Shown here one piece after another: positions 46,877-55,123 of a stretch of DNA of 64,000 bases. Made by a program: the position numbers and the translations under genes. Each line of letters starts with the position of its first letter. Position 1 is the first letter of the stretch. Where the stretch lies: positions 5,498 to 69,497 of the forward strand of contig CALAUG010000022.1 in the NCBI GenBank assembly GCA_937892155.1, given 5' to 3'. Below the pieces are notes generated by a model. The model was not told where the DNA came from. It saw only the letters and a program-made list of their open reading frames with translations, and did no database searches. Source of the stretch: an uncultured Bacteroidales bacterium. GTDB lineage: Bacteria; Bacteroidota; Bacteroidia; Bacteroidales; UBA1715.

Positions 46877-47866
46877 CTAGAATACTTCTGAATTAGCTTT
46901 CATAAATGCTATAACTTCATCAACTTGGCAGAAAGACAAAGCTGTGAATGTGTCTGCTGCTCCGTAATAAATACAGATGCGTCCTGTTGCTGCGTCATAT
47001 AAATTAGCGCATGGGAAAACAACGTTTGGTACAAATCCACGAGTTTCGTAATCAACTTCTGGTGTTAACAAATAATCGCGTGTTCTGTACAATACTTTTG
47101 AAGGCTCGTTGATGTCCAACAAAACGGCACCATAACTATAAACATAGCCATTGCATGTACTAGAAACACCGTGATAGAACAAAAGCCAACCTTCTGTCGT
47201 TTCAATTGGAACAGGTCCTGCACCAACTTTCATACCTTGCCACCAGCCTTGTCCGCCGTTTGTCATAACAAGTTTATGATGTCCCCAATGTTCCATATCG
47301 GGACTTTCGCTGATGTAAATGTTTCCGAAAGGAGTGTGGCCGGTGTCGCTTGGACGGCTCAACAACATATATTTACCATTGATTTTTCGAGGAAATAATA
47401 CACCATTACGATTGTAAGGCATTAAAGGATTGGGCATACGATAGAATGTCTTGAAATCTTTTGTGTAACCCAAACCAATAGATGGACCTTTCATATCGTC
47501 GCACCACGTAACGAAATATTTATCGTCAATTTTCACAACACGTGGGTCATACGCATAGCTTGTTGGATTTGGTGTTCCGTCTTCGTTCACCCATTGAATA
47601 GGTTCTGGATTTAATTCAATGTTGATACCATCTTTGCTGAAACCAGCGAATAATGTTGCACGGCCGTTGCGTTGGTCGCCACGGAAAACTCCAGCAAATG
47701 CGCCGTTGAAAGGCACAACTGCACTATTGTAAACACGCGCAGCAGTTGGAATTGGATTCCAGTTGATGATAGGATTCTTGCTGTAACGCCACAAGATGTC
47801 TTTGCATCCAGCAGGTTTTTCTTCCCAAGGAATGTTTGGAAGATTGTTACCGATTATTTTTGCCAT
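46877..47866 (-). CDS. Glycoside hydrolase family 130 (beta-mannoside phosphorylase-type)
   Basis: 329 aa. Shows the GH130 beta-propeller pattern: NPII...VYNSAVVPFNG.F.GVFR, YDPRVVKIDDKY.VTW, NGVLFPRKINGKY.LLSRP, FYHGV and IYYGAAD. Confidence 0.8.
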   Translation of the reverse strand: MAKIIGNNLPNIPWEEKPAGCKDILWRYSKNPIINWNPIPTAARVYNSAVVPFNGAFAGVFRGDQRNGRATLFAGFSKDGINIELNPEPIQWVNEDGTPNPTSYAYDPRVVKIDDKYFVTWCDDMKGPSIGLGYTKDFKTFYRMPNPLMPYNRNGVLFPRKINGKYMLLSRPSDTGHTPFGNIYISESPDMEHWGHHKLVMTNGGQGWWQGMKVGAGPVPIETTEGWLLFYHGVSSTCNGYVYSYGAVLLDINEPSKVLYRTRDYLLTPEVDYETRGFVPNVVFPCANLYDAATGRICIYYGAADTFTALSFCQVDEVIAFMKANSEVF

Positions 47867-47902
47867 AAAAAAACAGTTAAATTTTTTTGTTTCGTAATAT
47901 GG

Positions 47903-47952
47903 ACAAAGATAACAAAATAGTGATTAGAGTTTAGAGTTTGGCGATAAATAAA
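47903..47952 (-). repeat. Direct repeat copy B (promoter-bearing), upstream of GH130
   Basis: Sequence caaagataacaaaatagtg[attagag]tttagagtttggcgataaataaaa. It contains the -7 box TATCTTTG (47903-47910, minus strand) 37 nt upstream of the GH130 ATG. It is identical to copy A apart from one extra heptamer. Confidence 0.85.
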
Positions 47953-47987
47953 AGAGCATAATTAATTGAATTGCTAAATTTCAATAA

Positions 47988-48872
47988 TCATTGTTTAGAA
48001 ACAATGTCGTCTTGATTCTTTGCTCCTGAATTTTGATTATTAGCTATTCTTGCAACAATTCCGTCTGCCGAAAGTTCCATTTTGTAAAATGCGAACCATT
48101 TCTTTCCTAAGTCTTTTAGCGAAGCACCTACCATATACACAGAATCGTCAATCAACAAAAATCTGTCGTGGGATTGTTTGAATTCGTTTATTGTTATAGG
48201 ACGATATTGATTATTATGTTTTTCAATGTCAAGTTGTAGTTGCTTAGAAATCTGTTTCGTGTAAATTGTTGCCGAAACATTGTCGTTTCGTTTGTCGAGC
48301 ATTGTGAGAACTGTATCATCCACAAAATTGTCTATTAAAACAATACGTTTTCGTGCTAAGCGAATTATATCGTTGATGAACTTATAGGCTTCGAATATTT
48401 GTCCGTCAAATAATATACCTTGTTGCGGCGGCAACGATGTTTGAATAAAAAAATCTATTCTTTCTTCTGCATGGGTCATTCGTTGTTCCAAATGCTCGAA
48501 TCGTTGGTTGGCAGAAAATCCATTCAATAAAATTTCTTTTAACTTAGCTGTTGCCCATTGCCTGAAAAAAGTTCCTTGAACACTTTTTACCCTATAACCA
48601 ACAGAAATAATAACGTCAAGATTGTAATATTCAACATTATATATTTTCCCATCCGACGCAGTTGTTGCAATTTTTGCAACAACTGATTGCTGAATTAATT
48701 CATTTTCTGCAAAAACATTACGGATATGTCTGGAAATAACCGATTTATCTCTTCCAAACAACAATGTCATTTGATTTAAATTGAGCCACACTGTTTCTTT
48801 CTCGAACCGAACATCTAATTTGATTTCCTCGTTCGGTTGATACAAAATTATTTCACCTGAATTTTGTTCCAT
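47988..48872 (-). CDS. RhuM-family (virulence-associated) protein with C-terminal PLD-like-patterned module
   Basis: 294 aa. The RhuM core is IILYQPNEEIKLDVRFEKETVWLNLNQMTLLFGRDKSVISRHIRNVF...NLDVIISVGYRVKSVQGTFFRQWATAKLKE. The C-terminal half contains HDRFLLIDDSVYMVGASLKDLGKKWFAF. Confidence 0.8.
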   Translation of the reverse strand: MEQNSGEIILYQPNEEIKLDVRFEKETVWLNLNQMTLLFGRDKSVISRHIRNVFAENELIQQSVVAKIATTASDGKIYNVEYYNLDVIISVGYRVKSVQGTFFRQWATAKLKEILLNGFSANQRFEHLEQRMTHAEERIDFFIQTSLPPQQGILFDGQIFEAYKFINDIIRLARKRIVLIDNFVDDTVLTMLDKRNDNVSATIYTKQISKQLQLDIEKHNNQYRPITINEFKQSHDRFLLIDDSVYMVGASLKDLGKKWFAFYKMELSADGIVARIANNQNSGAKNQDDIVSKQ

Positions 48873-48900
48873 TTTGCGCTATTTTCATTAATTGGTTACG

Positions 48901-48943
48901 CAAAGATAACAAAATAGTGTTTAGAGTTTGGCGATAAATAAAA
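48901..48943 (-). repeat. Direct repeat copy A (promoter-bearing), upstream of the rhuM-like gene
   Basis: Sequence caaagataacaaaatagtgtttagagtttggcgataaataaaa. The -7 box TATCTTTG (48901-48908, minus strand) lies 29 nt upstream of the ATG at 48872. Confidence 0.85.
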
Positions 48944-48972
48944 AACCTCCGAGACTTCCGCTCCGAAGGTTT
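48940..48972 (-). terminator. Intrinsic terminator after the GIY-YIG gene
   Basis: Minus-strand RNA is AAACCUUCGG-AGCGGAAGUC-UCGGAGGUUU followed by UUUAUUU. This gives a stem of about 10 bp (2 G-U pairs) plus a U tract. The U tract abuts repeat copy A. Confidence 0.5.
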
Positions 48973-49034
48973 AATTGTCAATTATCTTGAAGTACATTGA
49001 ACTTTAGAATGGATGCTCAATATTGAATACTAGA

Positions 49035-49694
49035 TTATTTGTTTGATTCTAATCTATTTCGTAAATCTACTAATTTTTCGCCTTTATAAGTAAACCATAA
49101 TGTTCCTTGAACAGGATAGTGAAAACCTTTTAATTTTTGAGCTAAAGCTGATAATGAAGTTGTTTCACCGTTGTATTGAATGTGTCTATCGTCAACAACA
49201 ATAGCTTTGATATTTGAGTCATCAATAAAGGTTATTTCACTTCCAAACGGAATGTTACAATCTCCGAAACGAAAGGCTCCTTTTCGTGCATTTTCTCGTT
49301 CTTCGTTTGCTTGTTTTTCATCTTCAATTTCGTGGCCTTCAGGTTTCATTCTTTTTAATCTGTCAAGTGTGCCGCTAATTTTTGCGATACATTCTAATAG
49401 ATTATATGCATCTTCTGCCGACATTGCATAAAATTCCTTAACACGTTCTTTCCCGTCAAATGTTTCGATTGTACGTAAATCAGGGTTTATAGTGTCAATT
49501 AATTTGTGCAATTCTTTGTCTGTCAATTCTTTATCGACTTTGTAGATGGCGTAAACACGAAATGCAAAAGGAATAGTTTCGCTTCTGTTTAGTTGTTTCA
49601 ATCTTTTTTCGATGTCTGTTGCATATCCAATCTTTACGTATTCAGGGAAAGATGGATTGGTTAATATGTATATAACTCCTTTTGCCATAGTCAT
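49035..49694 (-). CDS. GIY-YIG/T5orf172-domain protein
   Basis: 219 aa. N-terminal module is GVIYILTNPSFPEYVKIGYATDIEKRLKQLNRSETIPFAFRVYAIYKV. It is followed by an acidic linker and a small C-terminal beta domain. The ATG lies 1 nt after the stop of the GPH transporter. Confidence 0.75.
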   Translation of the reverse strand: MTMAKGVIYILTNPSFPEYVKIGYATDIEKRLKQLNRSETIPFAFRVYAIYKVDKELTDKELHKLIDTINPDLRTIETFDGKERVKEFYAMSAEDAYNLLECIAKISGTLDRLKRMKPEGHEIEDEKQANEERENARKGAFRFGDCNIPFGSEITFIDDSNIKAIVVDDRHIQYNGETTSLSALAQKLKGFHYPVQGTLWFTYKGEKLVDLRNRLESNK

Positions 49695-49695
49695 C

Positions 49696-51378
49696 TTATT
49701 TTTCCGCTTCTGCTCTGCGTTCTTTCAAAATCTTCTCGTTCTCTGCCACAACTTTGTCGTTAAGAGGGTAGAACAAGAAAATGATGATGGAAATAACTCC
49801 AAGAATTGCAGGGATAATTGTGAACATCATCAATAGTCCTCGTGTTGATTCTGCTGTTTGTATTTCGTTTGGCGAGAATCCTACTTGTGCCATAAGCGTC
49901 AGTGCTATGTATGCGCCTATTGCCCAACCAATTTTTTGTGACATTGTTGATGCCGAGAATATCAATCCTGTTGCGCGTTGGCCGTTCTTCAATTCGGAAT
50001 AGTCGGCTATGTCGGCGTACATTGCCCACAACAATACGCTCAATGGTCCGCCAGTGAATGAGCCAAGGAATTGGCATACGTACAATAAATAAATTTGTGA
50101 TGGATCGAACACATAAACTATTGCTGTTGAAATGATTGAGATAATGAAAAATGCAATGAAAACTTTTTGTTTTCCATATCGTACCGAAAACCAGCTCACT
50201 GCCAACACGCCTAACAACGATGCCAATTGTCCGATTACGTTGTAAACCGATACAAGTGCGTTGTAGTCGAGTGTTTGCTCGCCTAAAAATGGAATGGTGA
50301 GTGTTTGCGTTTGGATAATGTATTTAAAATAATGTACCGTAACGCTGCTTCGCGTTGCTGTGTACAAAATGAACGTAAGCGTTGCAAATACAAGAATCAG
50401 CCATGGTTTGTTGGTGAACAATTCTTTCAAATCCTTTCCTACGGAGTTCTTCGCAACATTTTTAGGTGGCTGCACGCGTTCTTTAGTTCCTTTAAATGTG
50501 ATGAAAAAGAATATGATGGCGCATACGCCTATAATCATAAAGAATCGAGACCAACCTTTTGCAGGAACCGAAATTTTTGAAACGGAAATCTCGGAATCTT
50601 CAGCGAAAATTTCGTCAAGCGCAATGTCTTTTGTGCCGAAACCTTCCTGAAGTTTCACAACCATTCCTGTTGCTGTGCTGTAAATTGTATCGCGACTTTC
50701 TGTATCGTCGTTGTTGAAGATTGTAATGTCGAGAGTTTTGCTTGTCGTGCCGTTGTCTAGCGTTACATTCACCAATCCTTGCGATTCTTGTTCGTTGAGA
50801 GTGAGTGTTTTACCAGAAATTTCTGTTGTAACAATGGAATTGTTGTTTTCGCCCAATTTTTGCGTCATTGGTAGCAATGTTGCCGAAATAATGATGCCGG
50901 CGGCGAAAGCAAAAATGAATTTGATTGACGAAACGCTCGTACGTTCGTTGGAATTTGGCGAAATCACGCCAAGTAGCGAAGTGTACGGAATGTTGATGAT
51001 TGTGTATATAATCATTACGAGCATAAATGTGGTGTATGCCCAGATGGTTTTTCCTGTCAGTCCAAAATTGGGAGTTGTGAATGTAAGCACGCCAACTATT
51101 GCCAACGGAATGCAGAACCAAAGCAAATACGGACGGAATTTTCCCCAACGTGTTTCGGTTCGGTCGGCTATCATTCCCATAACAGGGTCGTTCACTCCGT
51201 CGAAAATACGTGTGATTAAGAACATTGTGGCTGCAATTCCTGCTGGAAGCAAAAATACATCGGTGTAGAAATAGGTGAAGTACAGCATGAATGTTTGCCA
51301 GTAAAGGCACGATGCCAAATCACCAAATCCGTAACAAAATTTTTCTTTGAACTGTAATTTTCCGTCAGTTTGTTCCAT
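49696..51378 (-). CDS. Glycoside-pentoside-hexuronide (GPH):cation symporter family transporter with enlarged central loop
   Basis: 560 aa. N-terminus FKEKFCYGFGDLASCLYWQTFMLYFTYFYTDV and the motif RIFDGVNDPVMGMIADRT.TRWGKFRP. A hydrophilic insert of about 100 aa sits between the two six-helix halves. Confidence 0.85.
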   Translation of the reverse strand: MEQTDGKLQFKEKFCYGFGDLASCLYWQTFMLYFTYFYTDVFLLPAGIAATMFLITRIFDGVNDPVMGMIADRTETRWGKFRPYLLWFCIPLAIVGVLTFTTPNFGLTGKTIWAYTTFMLVMIIYTIINIPYTSLLGVISPNSNERTSVSSIKFIFAFAAGIIISATLLPMTQKLGENNNSIVTTEISGKTLTLNEQESQGLVNVTLDNGTTSKTLDITIFNNDDTESRDTIYSTATGMVVKLQEGFGTKDIALDEIFAEDSEISVSKISVPAKGWSRFFMIIGVCAIIFFFITFKGTKERVQPPKNVAKNSVGKDLKELFTNKPWLILVFATLTFILYTATRSSVTVHYFKYIIQTQTLTIPFLGEQTLDYNALVSVYNVIGQLASLLGVLAVSWFSVRYGKQKVFIAFFIISIISTAIVYVFDPSQIYLLYVCQFLGSFTGGPLSVLLWAMYADIADYSELKNGQRATGLIFSASTMSQKIGWAIGAYIALTLMAQVGFSPNEIQTAESTRGLLMMFTIIPAILGVISIIIFLFYPLNDKVVAENEKILKERRAEAEK

Positions 51379-52445
51379 TATTTAGATTTTAAGTTTTGTT
51401 TTACTTTTTTGGAGAAATTTTTTCCTCCGTCGCCAAAGGTATTAAGATTTCCGAAATCTCCTTCGCCCGCACCATTTGATGTCCACGGAAAAACTCCTGC
51501 ATAACCTAATGAATAGGGTAAAGAAAAAATTTCTTCGTACGTAATCGGAAATCCGTAAATTGTATTGTTTCCTGGAGTTTCGCCAATAATGCACGGTTTG
51601 TCGTTTAATCCCCAATATTCTGGATTTTTGTGAAATGGATTATCAAATTGATTTGTCCATTCATAATAGTGTATTTGCCAGAAATCAAGATAGGCGAGAG
51701 GGTTCATCGTCATATCCTGTAATATTTCGTCGCTCCATTTGTTTCCGTCAATTTTGTCACAGCTCCATTTTACAGCTGCACTTCCAACGGTTACGAGAAT
51801 AGGGCTTTTAACTTCGTGAATAGCGGCGGCGCACATACCGACGAACATTTGCATATAATCCCATTCAAGTCCGCCGTACTTTTTGTGTTCGTGAATCCAT
51901 TCCGGTTCGTTGCATAAGTCAATAGCAAACAAGTACGGATTGTTTTTGTAGCGCTCAACAAGTGGAATTAAAAATGTATCGCAGTATTGTTTGACCTTTT
52001 GCGTGCAGGCAAGTAGCGCCATCCAATTCTCCGATTCCTTTTTGGTGTTGTCTAAATGATCGAACGACATAACTGTTGCCAAAATGTATATGTGATGTTT
52101 TTGAGCTTTGGCAAGCATATCGTCCATGTTGTTCCAAAATTGTTGCGATGCTGCGTGTGGCACACCTTCATTGTCAACCGTCGGTTGGCCTAAAGCGTCG
52201 CAGCTAATCCAAATTCGCGAAGCATTGAAGCCATATTGTTCCAAACGTGAAAATTCCTGTTCCCAAAAATCGCCGTTGTAGTTTCCTCCAAAATCATTCC
52301 AGTTGTCCCACGGCGTGTTTGCACCGACAAAGAAACATTCTTTTCCGTTGAGCATAAACTTGTTTCCAGAAATAGAAATCCTTTGTTGTGCAAAAGTAGA
52401 ACAACAAAGGATTAATGAAAATGTGATAACCAAAAGTCGTTTCAT
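51378..52445 (-). CDS. Glycoside hydrolase family 5, probable beta-mannanase (secreted)
   Basis: 355 aa with a signal peptide. Contains FFVGANTPWDNW, the acid/base block IDLCNEPEW and the nucleophile block CIIGETPG. TAATG junctions with both neighbouring genes. Confidence 0.65.
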   Translation of the reverse strand: MKRLLVITFSLILCCSTFAQQRISISGNKFMLNGKECFFVGANTPWDNWNDFGGNYNGDFWEQEFSRLEQYGFNASRIWISCDALGQPTVDNEGVPHAASQQFWNNMDDMLAKAQKHHIYILATVMSFDHLDNTKKESENWMALLACTQKVKQYCDTFLIPLVERYKNNPYLFAIDLCNEPEWIHEHKKYGGLEWDYMQMFVGMCAAAIHEVKSPILVTVGSAAVKWSCDKIDGNKWSDEILQDMTMNPLAYLDFWQIHYYEWTNQFDNPFHKNPEYWGLNDKPCIIGETPGNNTIYGFPITYEEIFSLPYSLGYAGVFPWTSNGAGEGDFGNLNTFGDGGKNFSKKVKQNLKSK

Positions 52446-54883
52446 TATTCTATAATGACTTTTGATTTGAATGTTTCGCCGTTTATGCGGATAGAAACTG
52501 CATAGATTCCTTTAGCAAGACCATCAGTTAAGAATGTTGCTTGTCCATTGGTAAATATTGCATATTTAATGGCTGCAAGTTTTCCATCTGCATTTGAGAA
52601 TGATGCTAAAGCTTTTCCATTTGCATTAGGAATTGTGATAGTGAATGAATCTTTAAAACAAGGATTTGGATAAATTGTTGCTTGATTGTCAATAGTAGCA
52701 ATTGCAGTTTGAGCAGGGAATACTTTCACTTTGAATTCTTTGCTTGCGCTTGTCCCTGCGTAATCTTGAGCAATTATTTTAAAAATGGTTGTTCCTGTGT
52801 CGGCAGCTTGTGGAATTCCGCTTATTGTTAATCTCTCAGGGTCAAAGTTAAGCCAATTCGGCATATCCGTTGTGGAAATAGATAACACATCGTAGTCTTC
52901 ATCGCTAAAGAGTGTTCGTAAGTTCTTTTGGTATGAAAATAATTCATTTGTATAGCATGCTTGATAGATTTGTTGTTTTGAGACAACTTTAGTAGGATGG
53001 TTATCATTGATTTCTTTATAGGCTTCCACTTCTGTCAATGAATATCCCCATTCTGTTGCACGTTCTGTAAATGTGATTTTTATATAGCGGCAAGTAACGG
53101 GTTTTTCGAGAATGATGTTACTTTTTATTGTTTGTCCTTTTGATACAGCAAAAACCGTGTCCCAATGTTCTTTGTCGTTTGAAACTTCAATATTGTATGC
53201 TTGTGCGTAAGCACCTTTTTCTCCTGTCCATTCCCAATTTAGAACAAGCCGTTGAATTTCGTATTCGTTGAACATATCGAACAATAGATATTGATCATCC
53301 TCGTAAAGCGAACTCCAGCGTGTTGTATCTCCGTCTGTTGCAAAATATTGAGGATGTAGGTCGTTTTCAATACTTGAAGCAACAACCCAAGCGTGTAACA
53401 ATTTGTTGTCGGAGTCAAACTTGTTGTCGCGGATAAATACATAGAATGTTAATGAAACAGTTTTGTCTCCCTTATCTGTTGCAGAAATTGTTATTGTTGC
53501 ATTATCTGTTTCAGTAGCTTTTGCTTCAAAATTTATAAAGCCATCATCGTCAATTTCGACGGAAATAATGTTTTCATCGAAAGAGCAAGAGAATTTTAGT
53601 GGGTCGTTAGGGTCGTCACCAAAATAATCATTTACATTGGCGTATTTCATGATTTTTTCAGAGCCGACGAATACAATAGTGTCTGCTAATTTGCCTTTTG
53701 TGAATGGCATATAGTTGAAGTTTTCATCGTGTTTTACGATAATATGTTCAGGATATAACTTTCGTAATGTGTCCATAGATTCACGCATATCGTCCAAACC
53801 GCCATTGCCGTCGTGCGCGGAATATGTCCATCCCCAACCTCCGGCATATCCGTTTTGATAAAGCCAAAGCATAGCTTTTGTCGTATTCTTTTGAGCCGTT
53901 ACAGGTAATAGCCAAGCAGAACCTTGTGTTTTTACAATACCGTGAGCTGGAAATTCTCCGATAATGATAGGCTTCCTGTCTTTAGGCTGATCATTAGCAG
54001 TAAAGTAATCGTACGTTTTGTGGAATGGAGAATATGCTTGTCCACGTTCGCTCGGGTAGTAGTGGAACATAAAGAAATCCAAATATCCGTCTGGGTCACC
54101 ACCATTGGCTACAAGCGCAGAATCCGTATAATAGTTTTTACCCTGATTGCCGCCTGTTTCATAATTTGCGGTAGAAAGGATATACCAGTTACCATTTGAG
54201 ACTTTTGCGTTTGGATCAGTTCTATGGATTGCACCTGCACAACGATTTACAAATTTTTGAATGTATGACATATCTATATGTTCGGTTGTTGTCCAACCCG
54301 ATAAATCCGTCATTCCTTCCGGCTCATTGAAAATTTCCCAGCAAAGAATGGCAGTATGGTTTTTTACTTTTTCCACCATAGGTATCAAAGCATTGTCAAT
54401 ATAGGCTTGCGTAGCTTCGTCTTCTGTTAAAAGTTTTTTGTTTTTGGCAATTCGTGCTTTCCCGACAGAACTGCTTTGGTCTCCTGAATCATTTTTTACC
54501 AGCATTCCGTGAGCCCATAAACAAAGACTGACAACAAGACCATGCTCAGCAGCTATATCCAAAGCCAATGCAAGATTGTCAAGAGCTTTAGCATCAATAC
54601 CAGTAACCAAATTTGTCTGAGGATCGTATGTTGGTGTGCTTCTTCCATCAACGTGTAACCACCACCGAAGCGAATTACCACCAGCGCTCGCAACATCCTC
54701 GCATATAGCTGTCCATTTCTGGCTGTCAAATCCTGTTAAATCATTTCCATAATTTATCCATGCTACATTAATACCGCTTAGAAACAAGTCCTGACCCTTG
54801 TGATTAATGAAATTTTGAGATTTTGCAGAAAGTGTAAATAATACACTAACAAATGTGACCGTAAGTAACTTAAAAAATTTCAT
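52445..54883 (-). CDS. GH5 (mannanase-like) + F5/8 type C (CBM32-like) + Ig-like domain + T9SS C-terminal sorting domain
   Basis: 812 aa with a signal peptide. The GH5 blocks are GINVAWINYGNDL, WEIFNEPEG and IIIGEFP. The discoidin block is ATDGDTTRWSSLYEDDQYLLFDM...YNIEVSNDKEHW. The tail is IYPNPCFKDSFTITIP...GIYAVSIRINGETFKSKVIIE. Confidence 0.8.
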   Translation of the reverse strand: MKFFKLLTVTFVSVLFTLSAKSQNFINHKGQDLFLSGINVAWINYGNDLTGFDSQKWTAICEDVASAGGNSLRWWLHVDGRSTPTYDPQTNLVTGIDAKALDNLALALDIAAEHGLVVSLCLWAHGMLVKNDSGDQSSSVGKARIAKNKKLLTEDEATQAYIDNALIPMVEKVKNHTAILCWEIFNEPEGMTDLSGWTTTEHIDMSYIQKFVNRCAGAIHRTDPNAKVSNGNWYILSTANYETGGNQGKNYYTDSALVANGGDPDGYLDFFMFHYYPSERGQAYSPFHKTYDYFTANDQPKDRKPIIIGEFPAHGIVKTQGSAWLLPVTAQKNTTKAMLWLYQNGYAGGWGWTYSAHDGNGGLDDMRESMDTLRKLYPEHIIVKHDENFNYMPFTKGKLADTIVFVGSEKIMKYANVNDYFGDDPNDPLKFSCSFDENIISVEIDDDGFINFEAKATETDNATITISATDKGDKTVSLTFYVFIRDNKFDSDNKLLHAWVVASSIENDLHPQYFATDGDTTRWSSLYEDDQYLLFDMFNEYEIQRLVLNWEWTGEKGAYAQAYNIEVSNDKEHWDTVFAVSKGQTIKSNIILEKPVTCRYIKITFTERATEWGYSLTEVEAYKEINDNHPTKVVSKQQIYQACYTNELFSYQKNLRTLFSDEDYDVLSISTTDMPNWLNFDPERLTISGIPQAADTGTTIFKIIAQDYAGTSASKEFKVKVFPAQTAIATIDNQATIYPNPCFKDSFTITIPNANGKALASFSNADGKLAAIKYAIFTNGQATFLTDGLAKGIYAVSIRINGETFKSKVIIE

Positions 54884-55036
54884 ATTCTTTTTTTTGTGAA
54901 TAAAATTAGTTTTTTGGATTTTTCTACATAATGGGCAAATATAGCAATAAATTTTGAAGAAAGATAGTGAAATTCATTTTATTTAAAAATTGTCAAATTA
55001 TTAAAGAAATCATGTCCAAGCAACTTGATTTTTTTC

Positions 55037-55044
55037 TAATTTTG
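55037..55044 (+). promoter_or_regulatory. Bacteroidota -7 promoter box (TAATTTTG) upstream of the CotH giant gene
   Basis: Matches TAnnTTTG, 80 nt upstream of the ATG at 55124, in the divergent intergenic region. Confidence 0.3.
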
Positions 55045-55123
55045 AAGGCTTGTATTATGCAAATTAATTTTTTGCTGGTGCAGTTTATGAAAAATGATTG
55101 TGTAAAAAACGGAAAATAAAAAT

